This document shows positions 35,671-49,749 of a DNA stretch of 64,000 nt, one piece after another. Source of the DNA: Selaginella moellendorffii. Lineage: Eukaryota > Plantae > Lycopodiophyta. Position 1 is the first letter of the stretch, and every line of letters starts with the position of its first letter. The stretch is from NCBI RefSeq assembly GCF_000143415.4, contig NW_003314312.1:546399-610398 (forward strand), written 5' to 3'. Below the pieces are notes generated by a model. The model had not been told where the DNA came from. It searched no databases and worked only from the letters and a program-made list of their open reading frames with translations. The translations under genes were made by a program, and so were the position numbers.

Positions 35671-36617
35671 TTTAAAAATAGCCACTATTTATATAATGAT
35701 AATATTTTTCATTTAAAAATTTCTAAAAATTATATTTATTTTGAAAATATAGGTTCTTTTATTGATTTTGACTCTTTTATAAAAGAAAATATAAGCTTTA
35801 GCTAGCAAATAGATACCAAAAATAATTTTTTGTTTGATTTGATTAAGAATAAATTAAATACTATTATAATTAATGTAATTTTAAAGAGTAAATGATATTC
35901 TATTATTATTATTATTATTATGACATTAGTTGGTTTCCTATGTATAAGTATTTATATATATTATAAAGATAAAAACTAAATAATCTTCACAGCATGCAAG
36001 TAATTTGAACTATTTAATTTATGATAAACTTTCACGAATCCTATATCATTTATAACTTAGAACAAAAGACATAAAAAATTTATAGATAAAATTAGATAAA
36101 AGAAGTGCATTGTAGATGAAAAAATATGTCTGCTATAAACATATGATTTTGTGACAACATTTATATTGTGTTAATTTTTTAATTTTTTTCTTTTGATTGT
36201 TAGTAAGTTTGTTAGAGTTAGATGGTTGGTGTCATAGTTTGAAATACAGAAACTTCATGCTACCACATTGTTTAAATTCAATGTTATTTAAGATTCTTGT
36301 GTATTCACAAGATTGAAGTGTATATCATGAACATTTGCTTAGCATTTGGATGGGCTTATATAATGAACAACTTATAAACACTTCAAACAAAAATGTAATA
36401 AAAAACATTTTTACAATCAAAATCCACTTTCCTATTTACTCTAAGAGTTTATAGTACAAAGCCAACCAGTCTCAAGATGCCATATAAATAATAAAATTTA
36501 GATCAAAGATACAAGTTTAAGGATAATATTTAACTTTTTAACTATTATTTAACTTATTAAATTGTATGGTGCGCATGGAAAATTGTATTCATGGATTTTA
36601 TTTTGTCATTTTAAAGT

Positions 36618-37580
36618 TTACAGCAGTTTTTTCCTCTCGAAAAACACTTTCATGTGGAACGATTGGAAGACCGCTACCAGCAAGCAAAAAAGCAAGGACA
36701 GTGCACCGAGCACGACTATCCTTGTGTTCGTGGACTCGTTAAAAGCGCGCATCTCTTGTTCCCTGCCATGACAATTTCTCACAATCGATTAAACGAAGCT
36801 GCGAAACAAACGTTATCACTTACTTCTCTCGCAAGAAGAGCATCTCTTCGTGAATGGAATCCACTAGCTCTTCTATCTTTCGAAGCTCCAGCTCCACTCC
36901 CTGGAACACATCCAAGAATTGTCATGGTTCTACATTTGATACGAAACCAAAAGGGAAATAGCTTACATCGATGTGCTCGCGCTTGGCAATGTTTCCCCAG
37001 TCTTTAGCGGCAACACCAGTCTTCCAGTCGAGATCGACCGCAACCACGGCTTCCTTGGCGTCCACATTCTCGAGCCAGAAGCAAGCAACGTAAACTCCCG
37101 TTGTGCTTGCTTTGAAACCAAACTGTCCCTTGTCAACTCCCTCGGCCAGATGGAGCGTGTATCCATCTGGATCAGACAGCTATGGAAACAAAATAAGAAG
37201 ATGAGATGACCCAAGTTTGATCGTCTATCCATCACAGTTATTCCAATTACGCACCAAGGAAAGACATTGAATTGGAAACGTAAGCTAGATCTATCTCTCC
37301 AGTTGACCAAGCAAACACGCAGCAAATTTCTCCGGAGCAAAATCCGTCTAGAGTCTAGACAGCTTACCCGGGCGTGGATTTTGTGGATCGCCGGCTTGTC
37401 GAGATCCTTGGGATCGGTAACGCGATATTCGCCCAACACCAGCGCGCCAGAGTGGAGCTCCTCGTTCATGCACTTTGTGCGCTCCTTGTGGATCTCGAAG
37501 CTGAGCGATCGCGCGGGCGACACGCAGAGGAGCAGTGAGATCACAAGGACGGAGAGCGCGGCCGACAGCGCCTTGGCCAT
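36618..37580 (-). CDS. p24 delta (emp24/gp25L GOLD-domain) cargo receptor, 4 exons
   Basis: Signal peptide, TKC..EE, GQFGF, ACFW, DWKTGVAAKDW, GVELELRK, NESTN, C-terminal FFERKKLL. Confidence 0.93.
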
Positions 37581-37724
37581 CGCCGGAGAGACTGCGGTAG
37601 ACCTAAAATATCGCTAAGGGCAGATTTGACTATAAAAGAGAGTGGGCAAAAGGGGTAAAAGATACACAAGTTTCTCTTGATCGATCGATCGCTCGCTCGA
37701 TCGCGCTCGAAATCCTCGATCGCA

Positions 37725-38318
37725 ATGGCGGTAAGGATCGGATTCTCTCGCTTCTTGGTGCTTCTTTCGCTGGCGGCGACTGCCATGGCGGCGTGTAACT
37801 TCACAGCCGCGCAATCGTGCGTCTCCAAGCCATCGCTCAATCTCCTCTTCTACTGTCACGTCCCTCTCTCCAATGCCAGCGCCGCGCAGCTCCAATCCGA
37901 CTCTGCCCCGCTGCTCGGATCTTCCAATCCGGCCGCGATGGGCGCTGGCAGGGTTTTCGATTACAAATGCACGCCCACGCCAGATCCATCCACACCGCCC
38001 TACTGCCGCGCCCGCGGCGTCTCCTTCGAGGATTCTCGCAATGGCACCCAGATCATGGTGAGCGCAATCGCGATGGCGGCCGCGCCGGGCACGAATTCTA
38101 CCAACAGCACGACGACGATCAGGCCGCGGGGATCGATGAGCGTGGCGGGTGAGATCCTTGGCAGCGGGAACTACAGCACGAGCGCGGTGGTGGGCGGCGT
38201 GGGGGATTTCCTGGCGGTCGCTGGCGAGATCAACATCTCCACGTACAATGTATCGGGCGATGGTACGGACATGGTGCTCAAATTTATGGCCAGGATCGTC
38301 TTCCCGCTCTACATTTGA
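37725..38318 (+). CDS. Divergent dirigent-like secreted protein
   Basis: Signal peptide; LLFYCH, G..RVFD, RARG, AVVGGVGDFLAVAG; many N-glycosylation sequons. Confidence 0.75.
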   Translation: MAVRIGFSRFLVLLSLAATAMAACNFTAAQSCVSKPSLNLLFYCHVPLSNASAAQLQSDSAPLLGSSNPAAMGAGRVFDYKCTPTPDPSTPPYCRARGVSFEDSRNGTQIMVSAIAMAAAPGTNSTNSTTTIRPRGSMSVAGEILGSGNYSTSAVVGGVGDFLAVAGEINISTYNVSGDGTDMVLKFMARIVFPLYI

Positions 38319-40649
38319 ATAGATTTACCCGATAAACTAATTTATTTTCTATTACCCCGCCAATACCTCATTACTATAAATTTAAAGTGTTTAGTTCAAC
38401 TGATTCAACAATCACTATTCCTAAAATATTAGTTATAATTACTAGTTAATTATAAAATAATAATAGAAATAGAGCTAACCTTTGTTCAACATGCTAGCTC
38501 AAGAATCTTGAGGCTGCTGGAGGCTCCATTTGTGGGAATTGACAACACCTAGGTGGATCCTCTTGATCCTATATTAATTAAAGTTTGTGCAGTATAATGA
38601 ATCATTTGAACCATAAACATTCAATTTAAATCACATTCAATTACTCCTATTTTTATGCTACAATTATATTTTTGCTTATATATATTTCTTCTAAGTGCAT
38701 ATAAGGCAATCCCCCTCCACAACTATGACACACCTTATCAACCTTGCCTTTGCATATTAGAATCACCTCCATAAGAATTTATTCTTGATACAGAAAAAGA
38801 ATGGTGACTTTGAAGCCGAATAGAAACCTCTACTTTATTAGTCAATTAAGTTTACTAGAATGGAACCAATAAAATCATTGAGCTGAGCAACTTCATTATC
38901 TAGCATATATATATCTACTTGGGTAATGGAATTTAGAGACAAGTCTATGGAATTCTAAGAGAGTGTGGAGTTCTGGAGTCAAGGGAAAATCATGTAGGGA
39001 AACTTAACAAAAGAATTAGACACTAGAACAAGAGGAGAAAAGAAAGTTAAAAGGAAACAAAGAAAAGAAAAGAAAAAGATAAAAACAAAGGAAAATAAAA
39101 AAGAGATGGAAACATGAAACCAAGGAGAAGGACCACTTACTTAGACTCTAACTTAAAGCTTCCTCACCTCTGGAAAGTGCCTCAAACATAACCCAATTGC
39201 TCTCAAAGTTCATAGGGAATGAAGTGATAGAAGTGAATGTGTTGCCTCGGGGTGGTAATTGTGAGAACAATGGCTTAACAGATGAATGATGGAAAGTACT
39301 GGTGGCCAATTGTAATGGAATGATAGTGGAGGGGATTTGGCAGCTTATGAATATAGTTGAAGTTGTTGGTAACATTTATGCTCATTGTAGGAGAAGCAAA
39401 GTCGTGCAATCTTTGTAAGTATCTATTAGAATCACTATGTTCCACTGGTAGATGAATGTGGGATCGGGTAAAACATCCACCCATAGTAATGTCTAGTATC
39501 CTATGCACATTAGGTCCAACCTACTCTTAGAAATCAGCTGCTAAGTGTTCTAGATTTGCCTATACTTGTTGCATCTAGATAGTTTAGATCATATTTTGAA
39601 TTTGGCATGCTAGATTCTGTTGCTTATTGGTGCATCTGCTGTATATGGTGATGATGGATAGTGTGATGTAATGGGATCCCTAAGACCATGTGTGCATAGT
39701 GAGAAAAGTGAAGAAATGTGAACTAGGCACTGTAATGAGTGGTAAATAGTGGTGTAGCGAGTAACAAAATGAACGGATTATGACTGTGCGTGATAAATAG
39801 TGATGATGATAATAGATGGAGTGAAACCATATAGAGAAAACCTAGGAACTGTAAGTAGCAAGATGTGAAATGGATGAGCTCCCAGATGAGAGGAGTTGAT
39901 GCAGCCTTAAGGTGAAAGTTTAGGCTTGTGCTTATTCCATCCTAAGAACACCATCTGAAATAAAGAAGAAAAAGTGAAAGAGAGATGGAAAAGTAAAGTG
40001 AAAAGAAAGAAAAGAGAAGGATAAGGAAAAATCTCACAATATAAAAAGTTTGGAGCTCTCTTTTCTAGTGTGAGCCTGTGCCAGGAGGTTGTAAAGAGTC
40101 TTGAAGGAGGCCAGAGATGCTACAAAAGCTGGCTGTGTCACCCTCTAATATGTGATGTAGTGTAGGCCCAAAGTGAGTAGTATTGCTGATATGGGGAAAT
40201 TTGGAGCTGAGCTATGAGTAGTGACATCTGAAGCCCTTAGAGCATGAAAGGAAGAGCCTCCAAAGTAGTGAACTCAATCAAAAGCGCTCATAAGAATCTG
40301 GTGGTCAAGTGAAATGTCAGCAGCCACGGAAAATGTCAAGATCGCTGTGGGTGAGGCTACAGCTAATATCCTGTGGCTAGAGAGGTCTAGTGTGACATCC
40401 CAAGGCTAGAGAAGCTTCTGAAAAGAGCCAAACTCATGGTAGAGAAAAGATGTTGCATTTTCCACCTTTGACAAATAGATAATTTGCAAGCTTCTGGCCT
40501 ACATGCACCTCATCCAATTGCAATATCAGAGTGTTGTGGACCATAGTGGAGGGCTAGAGATGGTCCAAAGAATAAGTCATAGCTAGAAGCAATCTCTGAG
40601 TCACTGCAAATGTGTTCTCATCATCACTCACAAGGTCATATAGTAAATT

Positions 40650-42530
40650 ACATGTGACCTAGAGATTTTCCTGTAAACGCATAGTTAGTACAACATCACA
40701 GATTGCCTGGTGGATATCAACTCTAAGGGAAGAAGAGAAATCATGCTCCATGGCTGCAAACTCCCTCAGCAACACAAATGCGGGTGATATTGGGTCAATA
40801 TCGAGTGAAGTTGTTTCATCTAGTGGCCAAAGTTGCATCTCTACTTCATCTAGATAGGCCTTGTGCTCCACAAGCTCAAGAGCCATTGCTCTTTCCTGAA
40901 AACTCACATGTTGATAGAGTTGTATGGAATCTCTAAGCCGGGAACCTCTCCTGTGAGGAGGCTCCTAAAGCAACATAGTCCACAACAAGAAAGTCGGCTG
41001 TGGATTCATGACTATGGATGAGAACGTGGACACTTCGGCAAATTCCCACAGGTGCTACAGTGTGATTTACAAAGGTCTTCAGCATGACTTTAGAATACTC
41101 ATGGACCTGGAGGCCTACTTGTTGAGCAAGAGTGGAGGAGAGAATGTTTGTGGCTGAGCCGGAGTCCACAAGAGCCTCTACATTGATACCTATAATTGTC
41201 AGTGGAACTATGAATGCATTGGAATCAAGACTGTGGCATTGACGACAGGAATAGGAGCTATGTCTGGGGCTTGAGGGAGTGCCACTCCACAAAGAGCCCA
41301 CATTGGGACCCCAAGTTGCTGAAACAAAGCCGGGAATTGATGACAAAGAGTGCCAAGTGTTGTTGTGATTGGAGTTGCCAGAATCTGGTCAAGAAGATTG
41401 CTTGAGTGGCCACCTGACATCAAAGGGGACCCTTCAAGCTGCATTTTAGTGAAGTTTTGTATGCATGCAGACGCTAGAGCTCCAGATATAAATGAGGACA
41501 CTGGCACTGCTGCAAATGCCTCCGGGAAAGGCAACTTGCAAGCAATGAACTGGAGGAGAAATGACTCCTGGAGTAGGTGTTATTGTGGTATCCAACTCGT
41601 CTACTACTATCTGTGCCTTCCTTTAAGCTCTAGTAGCCACCTTTGCTGTCATCTCCTCTGCCATATGAATTGTATTCACCAGAATCTACCACAATCATGT
41701 GCTGGTGGTGCTTCAATGGCACACTGATGGAGCATCTCATGGTACTCTGTGGAGGTGTCTAGGGCCATGTTGTCTATAAATGGTTGGCTCTAAACTCTCT
41801 ACTCATGTGGCATCTGTCTTTGCGGGTACAGCTCCAAATGTAACCTCCAACAACGAGTTGTATTGTGTGATTGAACCTTGCACTCCTCACACCAATAGGG
41901 CTGTTGTTGAGGGTTGTCCTGTGTAGCCATCTTCAATGCTCAAAGCTCCTCCATGAGCTTGTTCTATTGCTCCTATTGTTGCTGAAGGAGTGCTTTGTAC
42001 TCCTTGAACTCCACTAAGGCAGACTCAACTGTAGCAGGCATCTTTTCAATGACTAGCTGTGATGCTATGATGTGGGTAGAAGCATAGGGACAAGCTGTTA
42101 GGGGAGCTCTAGAAGAGCTCCCCTAGTGAAGGAGACACTGAGTTCGTGGAACATCTCTGACTCAAGCTCTACAGCATGTGTGTAGGCATTATGGCATCAT
42201 TGGTGGCAGCACTTGGCGACTTTCTTTTGGAGCCCAGGCTTGAGGCCTTGTACAAAGGCTAACACTCCAATAGATTCCTCTTCTATGGCTCTCTTATCAA
42301 GGCAGATCTTATAAAATGCTTTGAATTGTGTTGTATAATCAAAGACAGACTCATTCACACCTTGCCAAAACTGGAACAAGTCTTGGACAAGCTATTGCAA
42401 AGTAACCTCTTGAGAGAATGTGCTCTTAAATGTCTAGAGAAAAGTGTCAAAGTCTTCCTCCAGTACAAGTACCCATTGTCGGGCTTGGGAGAAAGCTCTC
42501 TGCCTCCTCTCTATAGCACCACATAAAAAG
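40650..42530 (-). mobile_element. Decayed retrotransposon gag + aspartic protease region
   Basis: Gag-like FWQGVNESVFDYTTQFK...FVQGLKP; protease VEALVDSGSATNILS...ADFLV; frameshifted. Confidence 0.7.
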
Positions 42531-43415
42531 GTATTGAAAATTTCCTCTAAAAAACGGCGAGAAGCTTAGAAATTTTTCCCCACACTTGAAATAAACAAGT
42601 GTGAAAGAAAAATTTCTCCAACTCACTTGAAATCACTGCAAATTTCACATGAAAACACCCCCAAGAAAGCTTGTGAGTAAATTTATTAGAAGAGATCAAG
42701 AAAGATAGAAATGGTGGTGTATTCAACTCATGCCATGCTTCCAAAGTTTCTACTATGCACACCATGAAGAAATAAAAGCTACATTTGCTGATTCATGCAC
42801 CAAATCCAGGAATTTTTTATGCTAAACTATGTATCTTGACGAGATCTACAAGCCCATGATTGCCATGTCTCGAATTTATTCCCCAATGACCCACAACAGA
42901 AGAAAACTAACTTATCTTATGCATAAAGAAAGGAAACTCAAGAGACCCTTAACATTTTAGCATGGCATTTAGAATTTGCAGTTGGGCACATCCCTCTTTG
43001 CTTTTAAAATCTCTTTAGCATCGGTGTTATAACTAAAACTCAGATTTCTCAAAAATTTGCTCCAAAACCTCAAGAAAAACCAAAGAACCAAGGGGAAGAT
43101 TGGCTAGAAAGCAATCCTCCCCAATGGAGTTGTGAAATGTTGAGAGTGAAGCCTCTCAACAGTGGGGAGAACACTCTCTTATGCTTTAAAACCCTGCTCA
43201 AAACATCCTTCTTGTGTGAACTCCCTGCCCTAAAAAATGGGGAAGAAGTAGGAGAATATACCCCTACACCCCAGAATTTCCTCATGCACCTAGAATATTC
43301 CAAAAATAGAATATTTTAGGGAATCTCACTCAACTCTAAGCCATCTCTTAACAAGTGACCACGGTGGGAGTAGGAGTAGGAGTAGGAGAATCGGACTACT
43401 CCCTCTCTCTCAAAA

Positions 43416-46400
43416 TATCATGGCTACAATACTTGTGGGGGCTTAAAAATATATAGTATGGATAGTGGGTAGGTCAAGTATGGCTGACCAACTTGAGGCA
43501 TAATCTAACTTTTGCTTGTATATCTATCCTTGTTTTGCATCCAACTTCAGTGTAAGCCTAAGTTCCACACCATGCTAATTAGTGGAGTACCCATATCCTT
43601 GCATTAGGCCACCAGTATGCTAAACTAATGCCAAACTTTGTTTAGCTTTGTTTTGCATTTTGGTTTTAATATTGGGATGCTAAATACTCTAGGACTATTC
43701 CAAGTCACTTTGTACTTCTGTCCTTTTGCTCCTTGGGTTGAACACTCAAGAGTCACTCTATACTTCGATTCTTTCATTCTTTGATTGCAAGCTTAAGAAT
43801 ATAGCTCTATACTTTTATTTAGTGGCCTAAGGCCCTGAAACTTGAGTTCCACTCTGCTATCCTTAGGACATGTGGCATATAGAGGGTTTAGGTTCTACTT
43901 TGTGGTTATCCTATGGTAAATCACCATCGGATAAAAGGTGAAAACCACATGCACTACATTTGGTATTAAAGGGAGGTTTTTAGTGAGTATTATCTAATGA
44001 AATTAGGCAATTAGTCTTATTGCATATGCAGAGATGAAAATGATGATCTGAGTGAGTACATGTTTGAGTGCTATGACCTTGCAATCATTCCTTAGGTATG
44101 GATTTTGGTTATCTTTTGTGCTAGATTATATTGTAGGCAACTAAAGAGAACGACTTGAGAGACGATCTATAAGGGTTTAAATATAAAGGGAAAGGGCCCA
44201 TGAACTAGAGTGCACCTTTTTTTCCAATCGATTAAGGGTCTTGGGATATTTGAGGTTAAGCGTCCTTGGGTTTGAATAGTATTGGGCTGGGATATAGTAT
44301 ATGAACTTTCACTTAGGCTCATAGAATGGATGTTAGATGTTAAATGTTCCGTTTATACAAGTTTGAGCTTGGGCTCATAAGTGAGGCACATTAGCAATTC
44401 AAGGTTACATTTTGAGTTGGCAGAATTAATGTTAGCCTATCGGTGGTTACTATAAGTTGTTCTATGTACCATGGGTAAAAAGTAAACCATTCCTAAGTTT
44501 GTTAAGAGTGGCAAATAGGCTAGTTTGTATCTGTTTAGCACGACACTAGTGGATTCTTCTTAGGCATAATTATAAGTGAATCAATTAAGATTGTAGAGAT
44601 TAGTCTATTGGTTCAAGTAGTCATTGCCATGCTCTTTCATAAACTTTTCATTTGTTATAGCTTGTTAGTTTATCTATTAGTATTTGGAGTAGATTGTTAG
44701 ATGAAGAAGGTCTGTAGTTGAGGCATTGACATTGTTAACATTTGTGTTAGTGAAAGTGACATTATTATTTTGAGTGATTAGGAATTTTCTTTAGACCTTG
44801 ATTTTTCATATCATTTTTTTTTGTTAGTGTTTTAGCTTCATATTGGATCTTGAAGGTGATTGAAGAAGAGTGTTAGTGTAATGTAAATATCCAAAAATAT
44901 GGCCTTTATGATCAAGTTTTGGGTATTCATTTGCATTTTGTAGATATTGATATTGGATTTCAGAAATTTGGGGATGATATTCAATGTTTATGCATATTGT
45001 TGGGTCTTGAGAATTAATGTTGAAGTGAACTTATGTGAAGTTATAGGTAGAAGGAAGTTTGTTAAGTTTTGAGAATTTGTATTCCTAGACTGAGTGTCAT
45101 TCTTTCTTTAGGATGGAAAATTTTTCACAAATTTTCATAAGCTTTTCCAATGGTTAATCTATTAATCATTTTGCCAAAAATCATTCTGTTTTCGTAAGCC
45201 AATATAAAGTAGTGGAGTTGATTTTGATTAGCTTAAACCTTAGTATATAATTTGTATGATGCAGTCAGAAAGGGATGTTAACTTTTGGGGTTAAGACAAT
45301 TGAGTTGGATAGAGTCTAAAGTTGGTGTATGAAAAATGGTTGTTGTGATTTTCTAGAAAGGTGACCTTTATACCTTTCTTCTATAACACTATACTTAGTG
45401 GTAGGTTGCATCTTGCATTTCATAGACTCTATGAGAGTAGTGAGCTCTTATTAATCTTAATTTAGTCTTAGTAGCCTTGCATTTTAGCTGAGGATAATGA
45501 TGTCTAACTTAGTTGTTTGCAATTGAGATGTTAATACCCGTACTATAGCTTTTTCTATCATACCAATATGAGTCTATTTCATGGTTTTCACTTTAGTTTT
45601 GGCTAAATGTTAATCATGCATAGCTAGCCTCTTTAAGGTATACTTAGAGTTATTGGCTAAATATATAAGTGAGCTTATTGTAGTTGAATTAGATTCAAGT
45701 GGTTATTTAGTTTATACTTGTCCATGAACCTTTATCTGGTACTTGGAGTGTTACCTTCTGTTAAACAAGTATATAACTCAATGACATGAATTTAGTGTTT
45801 GAGTTTTATGAAGGCAAGTTGAAGAGTGATTATTGGTTGCTTTGCAACTAGTGATTGCTTATAAACTTCATCAAGGACTACTAACATTTGTTTCATTCAA
45901 TAATGATTTAATAGTGATAGCCTTGCTTTCCCAGATGGCATTACAGAGGATTGTGTCATGGGTTTGCATGGATTTTCCATGTTAGCATGTTGATTCCATC
46001 TCTAACAATATCATTTAAGTATATTTAGTCCATGGTGGTGGATTTTGTTGAGTCTTGGATGTAATGATTCACTCCTTGATGATGTGTTATTTGTAACTAA
46101 GTGCTATTGAAAAATTGGTCTTGGATATTGACTAAAGTATCTTTGACTTTGGTTAGTTTGGTTGTTAAAGAGTTTTAAGTGGTGATTCGCTTTTTCTTTC
46201 TTTTAGCTTTGTTCTAGTGTTAATGGCATTAAAGTGATGTCTTGTCATAGACATTGTTGATATTAAGAATCAAGTGAAATTATATGTCTCTTCGAAGGAT
46301 TGATATCTAGATGAGATTGTTTAGTAGGGGTTGATCTTTGGCTTTTCCTTGAAAAATGATTTAATCATAAACTATATTAACTTTACAAAAAGAAGAGTTA

Positions 46401-47800
46401 GTGATCGATATTGAAGATGTATCAATCACTAATGATTCTTTTTATACTTGTTATAAAGTGAGTTGTCTTGCTATAAAAAATGAATTCATAAAGGATCATT
46501 TGATGATCACTTATTGTGCTTGGTTTTTGGATTGATACAAATATACTCTTCATTAGCTTTAGCATTATAAAGTTTGGCTTTTGATGTGTTGAGGAGGATT
46601 TTGTATGTTGTACCATGGTTTCTTCTTTGACACTAAAGTTAGTTTATGCAAAACTCATAATCATTATTAAGCGATATTTGCTTCTTTGAGCTTTTAATTC
46701 TTTGAGTTTTATGCTCATTATTCCATTTGTTAAAAGTTGTTCGGGAAAGCATTTTGGCTCATTAAGTTTGATATTGATGTTATTTCTTTTGGGTAATACA
46801 TTTGCGAGCATTTTGCTTGTTATTTGATGATACTTTATGTTCTTTGAGTTATCTTACGTAAGTTGTTTATTATGCTATCTGAAATTTTTGATGGTTAAGT
46901 TTTATCATTGAGTTTCCTTAATGATATCTTTGCTATTGAATTTTGTTGGATGGTGAATCTTATGTTTTCCAATTATGATAATCTTGGTGGTTTCTATATT
47001 ATAATATTGGTTTATCAGATAATAACTTACTTAGAATAATTTTATGTTCTAATCTAAGATTTATTCACTGATAATTAAGTCCCTCAGATATCATTGTCTC
47101 TAACTTTGATATTGTCCATATATTGATCTTTGAGTTTGGGCTAGTATAGGTAGACTGGCTTTGGCATTTTGTGTGCATGATGAAATCTTTAGTCATAGGT
47201 AGCTACTATCGATTGGTCACATCACCCACCTCTTTCTCGATGTTCCTTATTTCATTTAAGTAGGCATGACCATGTAAACAACTTTAACTGTCTATTTACA
47301 GTAATCTATTTAAACCTTATCAATAGTTTTGGTTTCTTTACTCAAGAGGGTTGGGGCCTTTGACTTCTCTTTTTATATCTCTACTACTAAAGGCATATCA
47401 CACTTTTGTAAGTTAGGTGGCACTTAGAATAACAAGGGTGGCTACTTTTCTGGGTCATTTCCTTGTCAGTGACAGTTGGAAGGTGTTTAAGTTGGTAGCA
47501 CATTTGTGTTAGACAGAGAAGTTAATTTAACTCATTTAAGTTGATGTATTTTTCATAGTGTGAACATCGTGAACTTTTTCTAGAGTTATTTCCTTGGTAG
47601 TGCTCTAGATTGGAGCATGCATTGACAAGGATATTGATTTTCTCTAAGGGGGGGAGAGTGTTGTGAATGTGATTGTGAGTATCGAAAGTTACCTGTTAGT
47701 TGTCATGTGGCATGTGGCATATAGAGAGTTTAGGTTATGCTTCATAGTTATCTTATGGTAAATCATTATATAATAAAAGGTGAAAACCACATGCACTACA
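43416..47800 (+). mobile_element. Decayed, non-coding LTR element (family B): 5' LTR about 43416-43958, PBS remnant about 43961, PPT 47646-47658, deleted 3' LTR 47659-47800
   Basis: Both LTRs end GGTGAAAACCACATGCACTACA; tggtattaaag PBS remnant; aagggggggagag PPT; no TSD found. Confidence 0.75.
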
Positions 47801-49749
47801 ACAACAAAGTATAACAAATGATGATTGCTTCCATTCTAGATCTCGATGTATACCTTCAAGACTCAAACCAACCTATGGTAAATCCTTTTAGACAAGTCTT
47901 TGTGCTCTTTTACCTAATAAACACTGCCAGCAGTGTTGTCCTTGAGATTGATTATCTCATAGAATGCTTTGTGGCAAATGGATTCCTCTGATATGCACTT
48001 ACACAACTTATCCTCTGTGGTCTTAACTAGATTATATTAACTGGCCCATTGACACTAGTGCATACAATGCTTGACATTCTCTTTGATCTATGGAGAGAGC
48101 TGATTAATTGTCCACCATAATTTGAGGACTTGGCAAACTTGCACTAGAAGGAGAGACATTTTTTATATATCATTCCATAAATGTGTAATCTATATATGGA
48201 AATATCAAATGCTATACCCAATCAAGCAATTTACCATCTTTGTCACCTTTGCACATAAGACAAAGAACTAGGGCACCAACCACACTAATCAACACATAGC
48301 AGCTAAGTTGACTATTTTGCCACTTTTGTAATTCTTGCAAAACAAGACTTTGATAGAACAAAAATGTTCTTTAAAAACATGGAGCAATCATGACATTACA
48401 TTTGGGACAAAATATTGTTTTAAGCCTTGATCATTGCTACATGTGTGTCAAAGATAATCAAATAAGATGGGAAAATGAGATACATGATGTGATATGATCT
48501 CATTTGACATGGCAGAAATAAAAGTCTTGCACTTTGGATTCCTAAAATATCCTACACTTGAAAGAATCTTTGTATGGCTCAGCAAACCTAATAGCAAGCT
48601 ATAGCCTATTTGTCTTCATGGCAGCAAGTGTGATAGGTATGAAGCAATGGGACAAACCTAAAAACTTGAGAGGGTTTCTCACCATTCTCCACTGCTGACA
48701 CATTCATCAAGAGTGCGTCCACAAGCAGAGCAAAGCAGGGCAGCAGCAAGGCTATGTTCTCACTCAGCCCCACACTTTTGCCAAGATCAATAGCTGCTTC
48801 ATTGCGCATTGCAAGAATGAGCAGCCCACACAAAGCATAGTTCTGGGTCTTGTCCAAAACAAGCTATTGCCCAATACGAAGGTTATGAGGAGTCTCTCCA
48901 CCGCATTCCTGGCTGTGCACAAATGGCTAGTGATGATTATTTTGTGCTCCTGGTTCTGATTTACCCCCTGCCCATAGGAGGATCTTACAGCAAAAAAACT
49001 GATACCCACAACAGAGACACATGGGGCTAGCACTGAATCTGCACAAGTAACTCTTATGGTATCAACTGTTCGAGTGTCTAACTTCCCCATAGAAAAAAAA
49101 AAACAGGGTGACAGCAACTGGACTGGACAACAAGATTCATGAAGTGACAAAAAGTGATCAAGTTGAGAACCTTCTTTGGAAGTCACTTCTGATGTGCAGC
49201 TTGGATATGTACCTTGAGTACATTAGCTAGTGAACATCAGTAGTGCAAGTCTCATTTTCATTTTAAAGTCTAGCTTTTTTCAGAAAAATGATTGGGCTAG
49301 CTGATATTTCATTACTAATCCTCATCTTCCACGATACAGGTAGCCCCTGGATGATCCTATGTGAATAAAACTGGAAATGACCTAATCAATCTACTTAACC
49401 AAACTTACTTTCATCAATTTCCGACCACTAATTTATTTACTACCTCATTATAATGTGATAACATAAATATCACAACAAAATCTGTACAAATTCATTTTTG
49501 TGTGCTCACTTTTAATACTACACTCAATACAAGTTTGATCTTGTGGTAGAGATTTTTGGTATTGCAATTTTTACAATTCTATTTAAACTATCTTTATAAC
49601 CTTGATTATCAGATCGATATCTCATTGGTTCATTTTGAGAATAATTTACATATTCCATTCTAGCCAAAAAACCTAAACCAAGTTTACACTGGCTAATTAA
49701 AATTTAACATTTAAGCATTTAGGGCACCATGACTTACAAGAAGCATAGA

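Noticed and set aside
43411-47805. Target-site duplication for the family-B element
   Set aside because: Flanks (caaaa versus acaac) do not match, so the boundaries remain approximate
48606-49186. Short minus-strand ORFs in a moderately GC-rich patch (similar patch at 53300-54080)
   Set aside because: No recognisable domain; probably gene or TE relics that need a homology search
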